DNA of 64,000 nt. Origin: Macrostomum lignano (taxonomy: Eukaryota). The notes under the pieces were generated by a model. The model searched no databases. It was not told where the DNA came from and saw only the letters and a program-made list of their open reading frames with translations. Location: positions 1-64,000 of the forward strand of contig NIVC01002009.1 in assembly GCA_002269645.1 (NCBI GenBank), read 5' to 3'. Below, in pieces: positions 49,114 through 60,840 of the stretch; position 1 is the stretch's first letter; every line of letters begins with the position of its first letter. A program made the position numbers and the translations under genes.

Positions 49114-52100
49114 GCAAATCAGCAGCAGCAGCAGCCGCGCGGCATCGTGAGCTACCAGCCCGGCCCGCCCGCTGGCGCCCCCGGCGCGCCCGGCGTCACC
49201 CGCCTGCTGCTGCCGCGCGGCCTACCGGCATCAACGGCCGGCCAGATGATCCGCGTCTCGCCCGCATTGCCAGGCGCCGCCGCCACTGGCGCCTTCCCGG
49301 TTGCCATTCTGCCGCCTGGCGGTGGCGCCACCTCAGTTGCTGGTGTGCGGCCGCAGCTGCTGCAGCAGCAACAGCAAGTCATCCGGCTTGGCTCATCGCA
49401 GCAGCCGCAGTTCTACCAGCTGCAGAGAGCGACTGCTCAGCAGCAGCCTCAGCCAGCCGCTTCATCGTCTGTGCAGAGTCAGGCCCCGCCGCAGTACCAG
49501 TACCGCATTATCGTGCCTAGCAACACCTCGCTAAGGCGGCTGAGCGTGCTGAGCTTCAGCAGCTCGCAGGTGCCGGATTTGTCCACCGCCACAGAGGCCA
49601 GCCTGCAGCGACTTGGCAGGTTCGGCCGCCTGCCCACCGCCGTTGCAGCGGCAGCCGCGGCAGCCGCTGAGGCCGAGAATCCCAGCCAGCAGCAGCGCCC
49701 GATGTACGGCGAGGGCAGCGCCTACAGACAGGCCGAACGGGACGAGGCCAAGAAGCGGAAACACGCCGGGGCGCTTCGGTGAGATCTGCGGGTGTCCGCT
49801 CGTCTGGCTGGGGTGTCCGCCGGTTTTAATGAGGTGTCCGTCTGCAGTGTTGGAGGGTGTCTGACTGCAGTGTTAGAGGGTGTCCGTCTGCATTGCTAAG
49901 AGAGTGTCCGTCTGCAGTGTTGGATGGGAGGGTGTCCGTCTGCAGTGTTGGATGGGAGGGTGTCCGTCTGCAGTGTTGGATGGGAGGGTGTCCGTCTGCA
50001 GTGTTGGAGGGGAGGGTATCCGTCTGCAGTGCTAAGAGGGTGTCCGTCTGCAGTGCTAAGAGGGTGTCCGTCTGCAGGGCTAAGAGAGTGTCCGTCTGCA
50101 GTGTTGGATGGGAGGGTGTCCGTCTGCAGTGCTAAGAGGGTGTCCGTCTGCAGTGCTAAGAGGGTGTCCGTCTGCAGGGCTAAGAGAGTGTCCGTCTGCA
50201 GTGTTGGATGGGAGGGTGTCCGTCTGCAGTGCTAAGAGGGTGTCCGTCTGCAGTGCTAAGAGGGTGTCCGTCTGCAGTGCTAAGAGGGTGTCCGTCTGCA
50301 GTGTTGGATGGGAGGGTGTCCGTCTGTAGTGCTAAGAGGGTGTCCGTCTGCAGTGCTAAGAGGGTGTCCGTCTGCAGTGTTGGAGGGTGTCCGTCTGCAG
50401 TGTTGGATGGGAGGGTGTCTGTCTGCAGTGTTGAATGGGAGGGTGTCCGTCGGCAGTGTTGGATGGGAGGGTGTCCGTCTGCAGTGCTAAGAGGGTGTCT
50501 TTCTGCAGTGTTGGAGGGTGTCCATCTGCAGTGTTGAGAAGGTGTCCGTCTGCAGTGTCCGTTTGCTTTTTTTAATTGTGTCTACGCTCGTATCTGTCCA
50601 TCTTAAGTGTTTATCCGTATTTTATCTAACTGTCTGGGGTGTCCATCTCGATCCATGTATATTTTGGTCTATACCAGCCGCTGCCCTCGCCCCCGCCTTG
50701 CAGCCGGTTCAACCCCTTCAACCAGCCGATGCAGCTGTCCTTCACCGGATCAGGTCGCGATGCCGCCAAAAAGTTCAAAGGCTCGCGCGAGGGCGGCATC
50801 ACGGCCAACGCCGCCTACTGGGTGTTCATGAAGAGCGAAGCCAACAACACCTTCGAGGCTCTGCCCGCGGACGACTTCTACAAGTTCGTGCCTGACGTGG
50901 CCTACCGGCACTTCAACTCGGAGGAGGCGGAGGAGGAGTTCAACAAGCGGGACAAGACGCTCAACAAGTACAACCTGATGCTGCGGCACCGTCTCAACGC
51001 CAAGGACGAGGGCGGAGGCGAGGAGAAGTCGGCTGGCGACAAGGACGGCGACGACGGCGAGGATCTAGACCGGGGAGACGGCGGCGGTGGCGGCGGCCGA
51101 TCGTCGCGTCGGTCGCGTCTGCAGCTGACCGACATGGACGAATTCGGCGACGAGGCCGGCGATTCGGACGAAGCCGACGCTGACGATCGCGACGGGGGAA
51201 CGGCGGCCACCTCGAAGTCCGGCGGCCGGAGCGCCGGCCCGGCCGCTTCGTCGTCAAAGAAAGGAGGCGCTGCCGGCGGTGGGCGCGGCAAGCGTCGGGC
51301 GCCGCGGTTCAAGCGCAAGCGAAAAGAGGGCCAGCCTGGCAGCGAGGACGAAGGCGGCGGCGAGCGTGACCCGGACGGCGAAGTCGAAGACGAGTCGGAG
51401 CTGGACGATCACGAGGGCGACGAGCTGGACTACCTGACCCACAGCAGCTCTGGCAGCGTGTCCGAGTCTGAGAAGGTGGACATCTACGAGGAGAAGGGCC
51501 TGGACCAGGAGGACGCCATGAAGGGCCTGCTGGTGTCCGACGAAGAGGAGAGCGAGACCGAGGGCGGTGCCGCCGCCGGTGCCGACGGTGAGAAAAACGG
51601 TGCCGAGAATGACGCGTCGACCAGCAAGAAGTCGGCGGCCGGGAGCAAGCCGAGCAAGTCTGTCGGCAAAGGCGCCGATGAGGATGACGGGGAAGACGGC
51701 GAGGACGAGGAGGACAGCGACAGAAGCGGCGGCGGCGGCGGCAGCGGCTCCGACGACTCCTCGGACAGAAAAACTTCCAAGAAGGAGAAAAAGCAGCAAC
51801 ATAAGAAAAAGAAGAAGCACAAGAAAGCTAAGCAGCCTTCCCCGGCTAAGGAGACGGAGAGGCGCGAGGCGCTGGTGAAGCGCATCAAGGAGAAGGCGCA
51901 GCTGGGTGGGGAGGCAGTCTCTGACGGGCCGCCAGCCAAGCGCCAGAAGACGTCGTCAGCTTCGGCTGGCCAGGCGGCCAACCTGATCGACGAGTCGTTG
52001 ATTCGGCACTACCTGGGCAGGCGGCCGATGACGCTGGCCGAGCTGTCCAAGAAGCTGCGCAGCAAATATAAAAAGTACAAGGAGACCAACAAGTCGGTGC

Positions 52101-52213
52101 TGTGCCAGGCGCTGGCGGCCGCTCTGACTGGCATGTTCGAGAGGCAGGCGATAAAGAAGACCACAGTGAATGCCGAGTGCACGTACTCGCTGAACCAGAG
52201 TGGCGGGCGCTGA
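49114..52213 (+). CDS. GTF2F1: General transcription factor IIF subunit alpha (RAP74), exons 49114-49778 and 50704-52213; start codon not located
   Basis: YRIIVP.N..RRLSVLSF, A.L.R, YGEGS.Y....RDEAKKRK, KKFKGSREGGIT.NA.YWVF, FEALP.DDFYKF.P...YR..NSEEAEEEF..R.K.LN, acidic linker and C-terminal winged helix (IRHYL.RRPMT..EL.KK). Phase-2 intron. Confidence 0.93.
49830..50560. repeat. 24/28-bp intronic minisatellite (GAGGGTGTCCGTCTGCAGTG + CTAA or TTGGATGG)
   Basis: Tandem array filling the GTF2F1 intron. Confidence 0.95.
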
Positions 52214-53233
52214 TTTTTTTAGTATAGTGGACTAGCGGATGCGCCCCCCTCTGAGGGACCGGCTGATGGCATTTCTGTGGCGTCTCTTTCTCCCGCCCCG
52301 TCACACTGATAGTTGTGGCATTCTCGCCGTTGCACTTTCACCTGTTCTGACCTATTCTGTAACTCCTTTACGCTCAGTTAAACAAGTTTTTTGCGCGCTA
52401 ATTCAAAATTTGCTGTCTTAGAATAATAAGCAGATGACTTTCTATCTTAGAAAGGTCAGTCAGGGGCAGACGCTGGCAATAGTCAGTCCAAGGACTACTC
52501 AAGTAGGACGGAAAACTACGTGCCTACTGTACCGTGCCTAAAAATCATGAAAAGTTTTATGAATGTCAATAGAGCTATAAGAAGGCAAGACATATCAAAA
52601 GATGAAGATTAGGCCTTCCTTATATCGCAAGGAATGACAATTTTTGTGGTAAAAAATGGCAACCTATTATCTCGGTACAAGATTGGACGCAAAAAAATCT
52701 TTCACCGAGTGCATAACAACTGCTAATATTAGTCTTCGTGATTGTTCTGCGTGTCCTGTAATTGCTGTCAGTCCTGTCAGTCCTGTGTTTAATAATATTC
52801 GGTAAATTCTGTTGCAACACCGCAGATTTCTGTTAGGCTGAAGGCTTGACGCTTGTAAAATTTATTTTTCACCTCCATGTTTCCACACACTTCATCCAAG
52901 ATGCTACTATTGCTACTAGACAGTTAGGTAGTGTGTTGATAATGTAAACAGGGTCTAATAATAGTTATTGTCTTTTCTTGCTTAACCTGTTTAATTATCC
53001 TGGCAAATACAACATACAAATATGCTTAGTAACAATGTATTAAAGGTGTTAGCTTACTGTATTTTAATTGGTCTACTGTGTTGCGTTCGTTCATTCCGTT
53101 GTTGGCAGTCTAAAGGTCAAAAGAGTTTGTAAATATTATTTTAACGCTTAAACCCGAACTAACTACTTCAATATTCCATTAGATAAGTAGTTTTGCAGCA
53201 CATTGAAACTATTTTTATTCATGCCGGCCGCTG

Positions 53234-54576
53234 ATGTACCGCCTGTACAGACAGGTGCCAGTCGCGGGCCGCTACCTGCTGCTGTGCCTGTACCTGTGCC
53301 TGTGGGTGTTCGCCCTCTTCAACTACAGCAGCAGGTGCCGCTACTCGCAGCCGGACGTCTTCATTGAAGACTGGCCAGCCGACGACTCAAGGCTGAAGTC
53401 GGGCCGCTGTTACCTGCGGCGGGACAGCCTCCAGCTGCAGCCAATAGATATGCATAATGCACCTGAGCTGCATCATCTAGAGACTGCTCTGGCTGGTCCC
53501 GAAGTTCCGGCACAGATGAGGTTGCGTCCTGGCGGAAGCTGGGCTCCATCAAACTGCACCCCACTGCAACACGTAGCCGTGATGGTGGCCTTCAGGAATC
53601 GGGACTTTCACTTGCGGCTGCTGCTGAACCGGCTGCATCGGATGCTGAGAAGGCAGCTGATCAAGTACACTGTGTTTGTGGTTGAGCAGGTGAGTAATGC
53701 GTTAAGCAGTAACTTGAGCAGTTGAGCAGGCAGTTAAGCAGTGAGTTGAGCAGTGAGCTGTGAATTGAGCAGGTGAGCAGGCAGTTGAGCACTGTGTTTC
53801 AGCACGTAAACAGACTTAAGCAGATAGAGGCAGCTTCTAAAATCTACCCAGCCTCTGTGCCCCATCACCCAGACCGGACCGGAGCCCTTCAACCGAGGCA
53901 TGCTGATGAACGTTGGCGTGGTGGAGGCCCTGAAGCTGGCCAGCTTTGACTGCTTCATCTTCCACGATGTGGACATGATTCCCGAGCACGATCGGAATGT
54001 GTACCTGTGCGATGAGAACGCCAGGCACCTGGCATCCGCCATTGACGAGATGCGGTATCACGTGATGTTCTACAACTACCTCGGCGCTGTGCTGGGTGAG
54101 TAGCTATGCCGATATGTATCGTTTGACGTGTTGTTAGTAAGCGGGATTAAAACCAGTTCTCTTCCCATCGGTCGTGTGCAGCGATGAGCAGCAAGAACTT
54201 CTTCCGCATCAACGGCTTCTCCAACGTGTACTGGGGCTGGGGCAACGAGGACGACGACATCAGCGCCCGCACGATGGAGGCCGGCATGCTGGTGTCCCGT
54301 CCGCCGCCCACCCTCGGCCGCTACAAGATGGTGCGCCACCCCAAGGCCGTCCGCATCGAGAGCGGCAACGAGTACTTCATGGCCTGGCGGGCCAGGCACT
54401 ATGAGGACGGGCTGAACGCGCTGAGCAGGGCCTCGTACTCAGTGCTGAGTCGCCAGGCGATGCCTTTGTACACAAACATCTCCGTGCGGCTGTCCCGCCA
54501 GCGGCATCGAATAACGCCCGAGTGGCTGTCCAACTCGGACTCCGTATGGTGGTTTCTGCGATTCTACTATCCATAG
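53234..54576 (+). CDS. Beta-1,4-galactosyltransferase family (GT7), copy 1, exons 53234-53689, 53873-54095, 54182-54576
   Basis: Type II TM N-terminus; VAVMVAFRNR..HL, FNRGMLMNVG, FIFHDVD, WGWGNEDDD, RYKMVRH motifs; consistent intron phases. Confidence 0.92.
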
Positions 54577-54674
54577 GCCGCCCTTTTTGACCCTGTCGAG
54601 TTGAGCTTTTGGCGCAGCGGTCCAGCCAAGAGGCATTCGCTCTTAGCAACTGCATTAGCGCCCCAATCACGCGG

Positions 54675-54855
54675 GTGAGTCGCCCATCAGCCCCACCTGA
54701 GAATCGCCCATCAGCCTCACATGAGAATCGCCCATCAGCCTCACATGAGAATCGCCCATCAGCCTCACCTGAGAATCGCCCATCAGCCTCACCTGAGAAT
54801 CGCCCATCAGCCTCACATGTGAATCGCCCATCAGACCCATCTGAGAATCGCCTCT
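54675..54855. repeat. 20-bp minisatellite (GAGAATCGCCCATCAGCCTC) 3' of the GT7 gene; also at ~62285-62445
   Basis: Visible array, one unit longer in copy 1. Confidence 0.9.
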
Positions 54856-55384
54856 AAATTACTGATAAAATCTGTCTTAATCCACTCCAGAGAGTCCGAA
54901 ACGGACCAACCGCAGTCAGCGCAACTCGCAGCCTGTATAGTCATAAAACTGAATGCTGAATTCTTTCACCGAGAGCTGCCCATATTGAAGTATTATTATA
55001 TAAACCTACCTTTGATGTACTATAGCTCCAATTGCAATCGGAATTATATTCCATTTTTTGTTTCGCTCAGCTTTGACTCTCCAGTTAATGCGAGTAAGTA
55101 ATATTATTGATTACTTATCCCTGGTGCTCGGTTCGTCAAATCGCAATATTATTTTAGGCTTTTCGCTTCCCTGAATTGGTAGTTTTTTCTATGTATTTTA
55201 CTGCAATGTCGGCGCTATACTACTATTAATAAATTAAATTGTTTAAATATAAATGATTTCTTGACGCTTCAATGTCATATTGATGTTCAGTTCACAGTTT
55301 TGTGAAATTACTCAGCTTATGTAATTGTTAAGTGAATTAAAAAAGCTTGCTTTGCTGGACATCGCTTCTTTGTTCATCGCTTAT

Positions 55385-55562
55385 CGGGGGCGCAGATAAG
55401 GAGGGGGGTTGGGCGCAGATAAGGAGGGGGGTTGGGCGCAGATAAGGAGGGAGTTGGGCTTAGAAAAGGAGAGGGTTGGACCCAGATAAATATGGGGGTC
55501 GGGCGCAGATAAGGAGGGGGGTGGGCACAGATAAGGAGGGGGTTGGGCGCAGATAATGAGGG
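55385..55562. repeat. G-rich ~22-bp minisatellite (GGGCGCAGATAAGGAGGGGGTT), short copy
   Basis: Paralog of 62973-63625. Confidence 0.85.
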
Positions 55563-55829
55563 GTAAGAGCACAACTGAGGAAAGAGGGTAAAATTGAATA
55601 GCCAATCAGAAGTAAGAGGGAGAGAGAAAAGAAACAGATTGAACTGGACAGAGGGAAGCAGCAAATAGAGGGACGACCGGACGAGGCAGTTTAACTGAAG
55701 AGATGACCAGACGACTTAGAAAGTTGCGACATCCAGAGCCATTATGCTTCTGACGAATGCGCCTGGATCCGAAAACCACCCTGCAAAATGTCTCGCAGTT
55801 ACTGTCATGCACATTTCGCTGACACTAAG

Positions 55830-57132
55830 CCTCCCAGAGTGTCAGTTGTTGGGTCAGCTTCCCAGATTCTCAGTTGCTGAACCAGCCTCCCAAATCCTCA
55901 GTTGCTAGGCCAGCCTCCCAGAGTGTCAGTTGCTGGGTCAGCCTCCCAGATCCTCAGTTGCTGAGCCAGCCTCCTAAATCCTCAGTTGCTGGGCCAGCCT
56001 CCCAGATCCTTGCGGTTGCTGGGCCAGCCTTCTAGATCCTTGCGGTTGCTGGGCCAGCCTCCCAGATCCTTGCGGTTGCTGGGCCAGCCTCCCAGATCCT
56101 TGCGGTTGCTGGGCCAGCCTCCTAGAGTGTCAGTTGCTGGGCCAGCCTCCTAGAGTGTCAGTTGCTGGGCCAGCCTCCTAGAGTGTCAGTTGCTGGGCCA
56201 GCCTCCTAGAGTGTCAGTTGCTGGGCCAGCCTCCTAGAGTGTCAGTTGCTGGGCCAGCCTCTTAGATCCTCAGTTTCTGGGCCAGCCTCTCAGATTCTCA
56301 GTTGCTGGGCCAGCCTCTCAGATCCTCAGTTGCTGGGCCTGCCTCCCAGATCCTCAGTTGCTGGGCCAGCCTCCCAGAGTGTCAGTTGCTGGGCCAGCCT
56401 CCCAGAGTGTCAGTTGCTGGGCCTGCCTCCCAGGTCCTCAGTTGCTGGGCCAGCCTCCCAGAGTGTCAGTTGCTGGGCCTGCCTCCCAGATCCTCAGTTG
56501 CTGGGCCAGCCTCCCAGAGTGTCAGTTGCTGGGCCAGCCTCCCAGATTCTTAGTTGCTGGGCCAGCATCCCAGAGTGTCAGTTGCTGAGCCAGCCTTCTA
56601 GATCCTTGCGGTTGCTGGGCCAGCCTCCCAGATCCTTGCGGTTGCTGGGCCAGCCTCCTAGAGTGTCAGTTGCTGGGCCAGCCTCTTAGATCCTCAGTTT
56701 CTGGGCCAGCCTCTCAGATTCTCAGTTTCTGGGCCAGCTTCCCAGATCCTTAGTTGCTGGGCCAGCCTCTCAGATCCTCAGTTGCTGGGCCAGCCTCTCA
56801 GATCCTCAGTTGCTGGGCCAGCCTCTCAGATCCTCAGTTTCTGGGCCAGCTTCCCAGATCCTCAGTTGCTGGGCCAGCCTCTCAGATCCTCAGTTGCTGG
56901 ACCAGCCTCTCAGATCCTCAGTTGCTGCTGGGCCAGCCTGCCAGATCCTCAGTTGCTGGGCCAGCCTCCCAGATCCTCAGTTGCTGGGCCAGCCTCTCAG
57001 ATCCTCAGTTGCTGGGCCAGCCTCTCAGATCCTCAGTTGCTGGGCCAGCCTCTTGGATCCTCAGTTGCTGGGCCAGCCTCTCAGATCCTCAGTTGCTGCT
57101 GGGCCAGCCTCCCAGAGTGTCAGTTGCTGGGC
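55830..57132. repeat. 28-29-bp minisatellite (GATCCTCAGTTGCTGGGCCAGCCTCCCA)
   Basis: Visible tandem array of ~45 units. Confidence 0.95.
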
Positions 57133-57288
57133 CGCCCCGCCCCTAAACTCTTGGGTTTAAAGAATTGGCTAACTTTCTGCACAGGCCGCAACTTGCATAG
57201 CCTGTCTGATTGACAGAACCTAATCTTACATAACTTCGTACGTACACCGCGTTTTCAAGTCTTTTTTTAATTTTTAACATTTTTAACT

Positions 57289-57608
57289 GGGGCTTGTAGT
57301 CTAGTGGTGAGAGCGTCGCACTCACGACTAGAAAACGAGAAAACGACGGTCGGGGGTTCGATTCCCAATCCCACTAGAACAATTTGTGTCCTTGAGCCTG
57401 ACACTTAACTCTGCATTGCTTCAGTTCACCCAGCAGTAAAATGGGTGCCAGCATTAGCTGGGGTAATTGAGGCTGTGTAGCGACCCCCCAGTCCTTGGAC
57501 TGAACAGCTGGACGCAGCCTTCAGATGCGCCGCGCAATAGCTGCGGCTGAGCTGTCGTTTGCACATCTGGCCATTAGGGCAGGTGTAGTCAATTATTATT
57601 ATTTATTT
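57289..57608 (+). mobile_element. tRNA-derived CORE-like SINE (copy 2)
   Basis: A box TAGTCTAGTGG, CTCACGA anticodon-loop-like motif, B box GGTTCGATTCC, CORE-like GTGTCCTTGAGC..ACACTTAAC...GTAAAATGGGT, (ATT)n tail. Confidence 0.82.
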
Positions 57609-58869
57609 TAGCATATTTTTACCAGCAAGGTCATTGGGTGTGCATATTTACTTTTTCATATCCAAATTGTCGGTATGAGTAGTCAGTTTCGCGTTTTCAG
57701 CCTGGATTTGTATTTACAGATTTGTTTTCTATGGAAAATTTCATTCTGACCATCAGTTTAAGCCTTCTGTTTAATACTGAAAGCAGAGTTGTTTTCTGTG
57801 CAATTCGAGTTCCCTTGCTTCGGTTGGTTTGCATTTCTGTGATCCAAATTCTACTCAAAATATCTTTATAATTAGATGCAAAAAATCATTGTGCAATTCA
57901 GTCTTTACGTTTTCGATTTCATGATTTTTTCAGCAATATAATGCGACTATGGAATTCGCCGCGATCTCAAACCCTGTTACAATTATTGAATAATAATAGC
58001 TCGTATTTACTTAATTATTATTAGTTTACTTCTTGAATCTCTCAAAATGTATCAGCTAGTCAACACTGGCTTCTGTCTTTTACAATTGTGAAAAAGTACA
58101 CATTATACTACTCTATTTATAACCGGACTGCTATGAAATGTGCGTTCGGTGTTTGTTGTTGACCTGTCATTTTTGTTCGGGCTTCCCTAGCTCCTTTACG
58201 AGCGTATTCAACTGGGATGAATCAGTTGTTGTGAGGTGGTTAAAATAAATTCTCATAGCAACTTCCAGCAAATTGACAGTTTCTGCAGGTTAGAATTTGT
58301 CTCTCTGAGATTTCACATCAGGTCGCTCAATGCAACATAATTTTAACATGCAAAATTGTGTTAAAAAACGGCCCATTTAGTGACAAGCATTAAATTCTGC
58401 TCCATGACGGCTATGCTTGGATATTATTGAGTAATATTTCGTTAGTGTATCGCTAATGATAAAAATAATAATGATAAGCTAAACATTTGATGACGCCATT
58501 CGTGAGAGTTCAAATAGTTGTTTTTATTAGAATATATTAGTGCATTGTGATTGTAATTAAGATCATCTAAAGTTATGATGCTAAATATAACTTACTGCAT
58601 GCATTAGTAATCAGTAGACAACAGTGACAATAGAATTTTTACTCTAATAAGCAAATATGACAACTGTAATGTAAAACTAAAAGGTTGTCACTAAAACAGG
58701 GCCTCGGGGACCGTTTTAATCAGCATTTTGCATTTTAAACTTACGTCGCGTGGAGTCAACCCTAAATTAATTTCAATTCACTTCATCTTGAGTTTCTTGC
58801 CATTGGGAGTAAAAATAAGGGTGACTGATTTAAAAGCTAAACCTTTGCAAAATATGAACAACCCTGCTA

Positions 58870-60592
58870 CTCACTGAGACACCCATCACTGGAAACCCAT
58901 CACTGAGACACATCACCGAGGCACCCATCACTGAGACACCCATCACTGAGGCACCCATCACTGAGACACATCACCGAGGCACCCATCACTGAGACACCCA
59001 TCACTGAGACACCCATCACTGAGACACATCACCGAGGCACCCATCACTGAGACACCCATCACTGAGACACCCATCACTGAGACACATCACCGAGGCACCC
59101 ATCACTGAGACACCCATCACTGAGACACCCATCACTGAGACACCCATCACTGATCACTGAGACACCCATCACTGAGACACCCATCAATGAGACACCCATC
59201 ACTGAGACACCCATCACTGGAAACCCATCACTGAGACATCCATCACTGATCACTGAGACACCCATCACTGAGACACCCATAATTGAGACACCCATCATTG
59301 AGACACCCATCATTAATCACTGAGACACCCATCACTGGAAACCCATCACTGAGACACCCATCACTGGAAACCCATCACTGAGCCACCCATCACTGGAAAC
59401 CCATCACTGAGACACACATCGCTGAGGCACCATCACTGAGACACCCATCACTGAGACACCCATCACTGATCACTGAGACACCCATCACTGAGACACCCAT
59501 CAATGAGACACCCATCACTGGAAACCCATCACTGAGACATCCATCACTGATCACTGAGACACCCATCACTGAGACACCCATAATTGAGACACCCATCATT
59601 GAGACACCCATCATTAATCACTGAGACACCCATCACTGGAAACCCATCACTGAGACACCCATCACTGGAAACCCATCACTGAGCCACCCATCACTGGAAA
59701 CCCATCACTGAGACACACATCGCTGAGGCACCATCACTGAGACACCCATCATTAAGACACCCATCATTAAGACACCCATCACTGAGACACCCATAATTGA
59801 GACACCCATCATTGAGACACCCATCATTAATCACTGAGACACCAATCACTGGAAACCCATCACTGAGACACATCACTGAGACACACATCATTTATCGCTA
59901 GAGACACACATCACCCATCACTGGAAACCCATCACTGAGACACACATCGCTGAGGCACCATCACTGAGACACCCATCATTAAGACACCCATCACTGAGAC
60001 ACATCACTGAGACACAAATCACTGGAAACCCATCACTGAGACACCCATCACTGAGACACCCATCACTGAGACACCCATCACTGAGACACACATCATTTAT
60101 CACTGAGACACCCATCACTGAGACACACATCACCCATCACTGGAAACCCATCACTGAGACACACATCGCTGAGGCACCATCACTGAGACACCCATCATTG
60201 ATCACAGAGACACCTATCATTGAGACACCCATCATTGATCACAGAGACACCCATCATTGATCACAGAGACACCCATCATTGATCACAGAGACACCCATCA
60301 TTGATCACAGAGACACCCATCATTGATCACAGAGACACCTATCATTGATCACTGAGACACCCATCACTGAGACACATTGCTGAGGCACCCATCGCTGAGA
60401 CACCCATCATTGATTACTGAGACACCGATCATTGAGACACCCATCATTGATCACTGAGACACCCATCATTGATCACTGAGACACACATCACTGATCGCTG
60501 AGACACCCATCATTAAGACACCCTTCATTGATCACTGAGACACCCATCATTGATCACTGAGACACACATCACTGATCACTGAGACACACATC
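58870..60592. repeat. 15-bp minisatellite (CATCACTGAGACACC), >100 units with higher-order repeats
   Basis: Visible tandem array. Confidence 0.96.
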
Positions 60593-60840
60593 AATGGGAC
60601 AGAAGTTGGGAGATTTCTAGAATTATGCTGTAGTTTAAGCAGGCCTTGAATCAAAATTCTGTTACAATCCTCTTGCATGGCAGAATATTAGGCTAAGTCT
60701 CCGGCATCCACCTGTATTCAGTTTGGGCCATGCATAGAGGACTTGATTACAAGAGGCGGCAAGCAAAGCAGCTGAGACCCGATATCCCTACTCTCTATTT
60801 TGTCCCCACCAACAGACGCTGGCAGGGCCGCCGCTTCCCG

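Noticed and set aside
57289-57375. tRNA gene
   Set aside because: Acceptor stem not formed, extra insertion present, and the sequence continues into a SINE body.
60730-60840. Longer N-terminus of GT7 copy 2 from ATG 60730
   Set aside because: A pyrimidine tract plus AG at ~60815 suggests this part is intronic, and ATG 60841 aligns with the copy 1 start.
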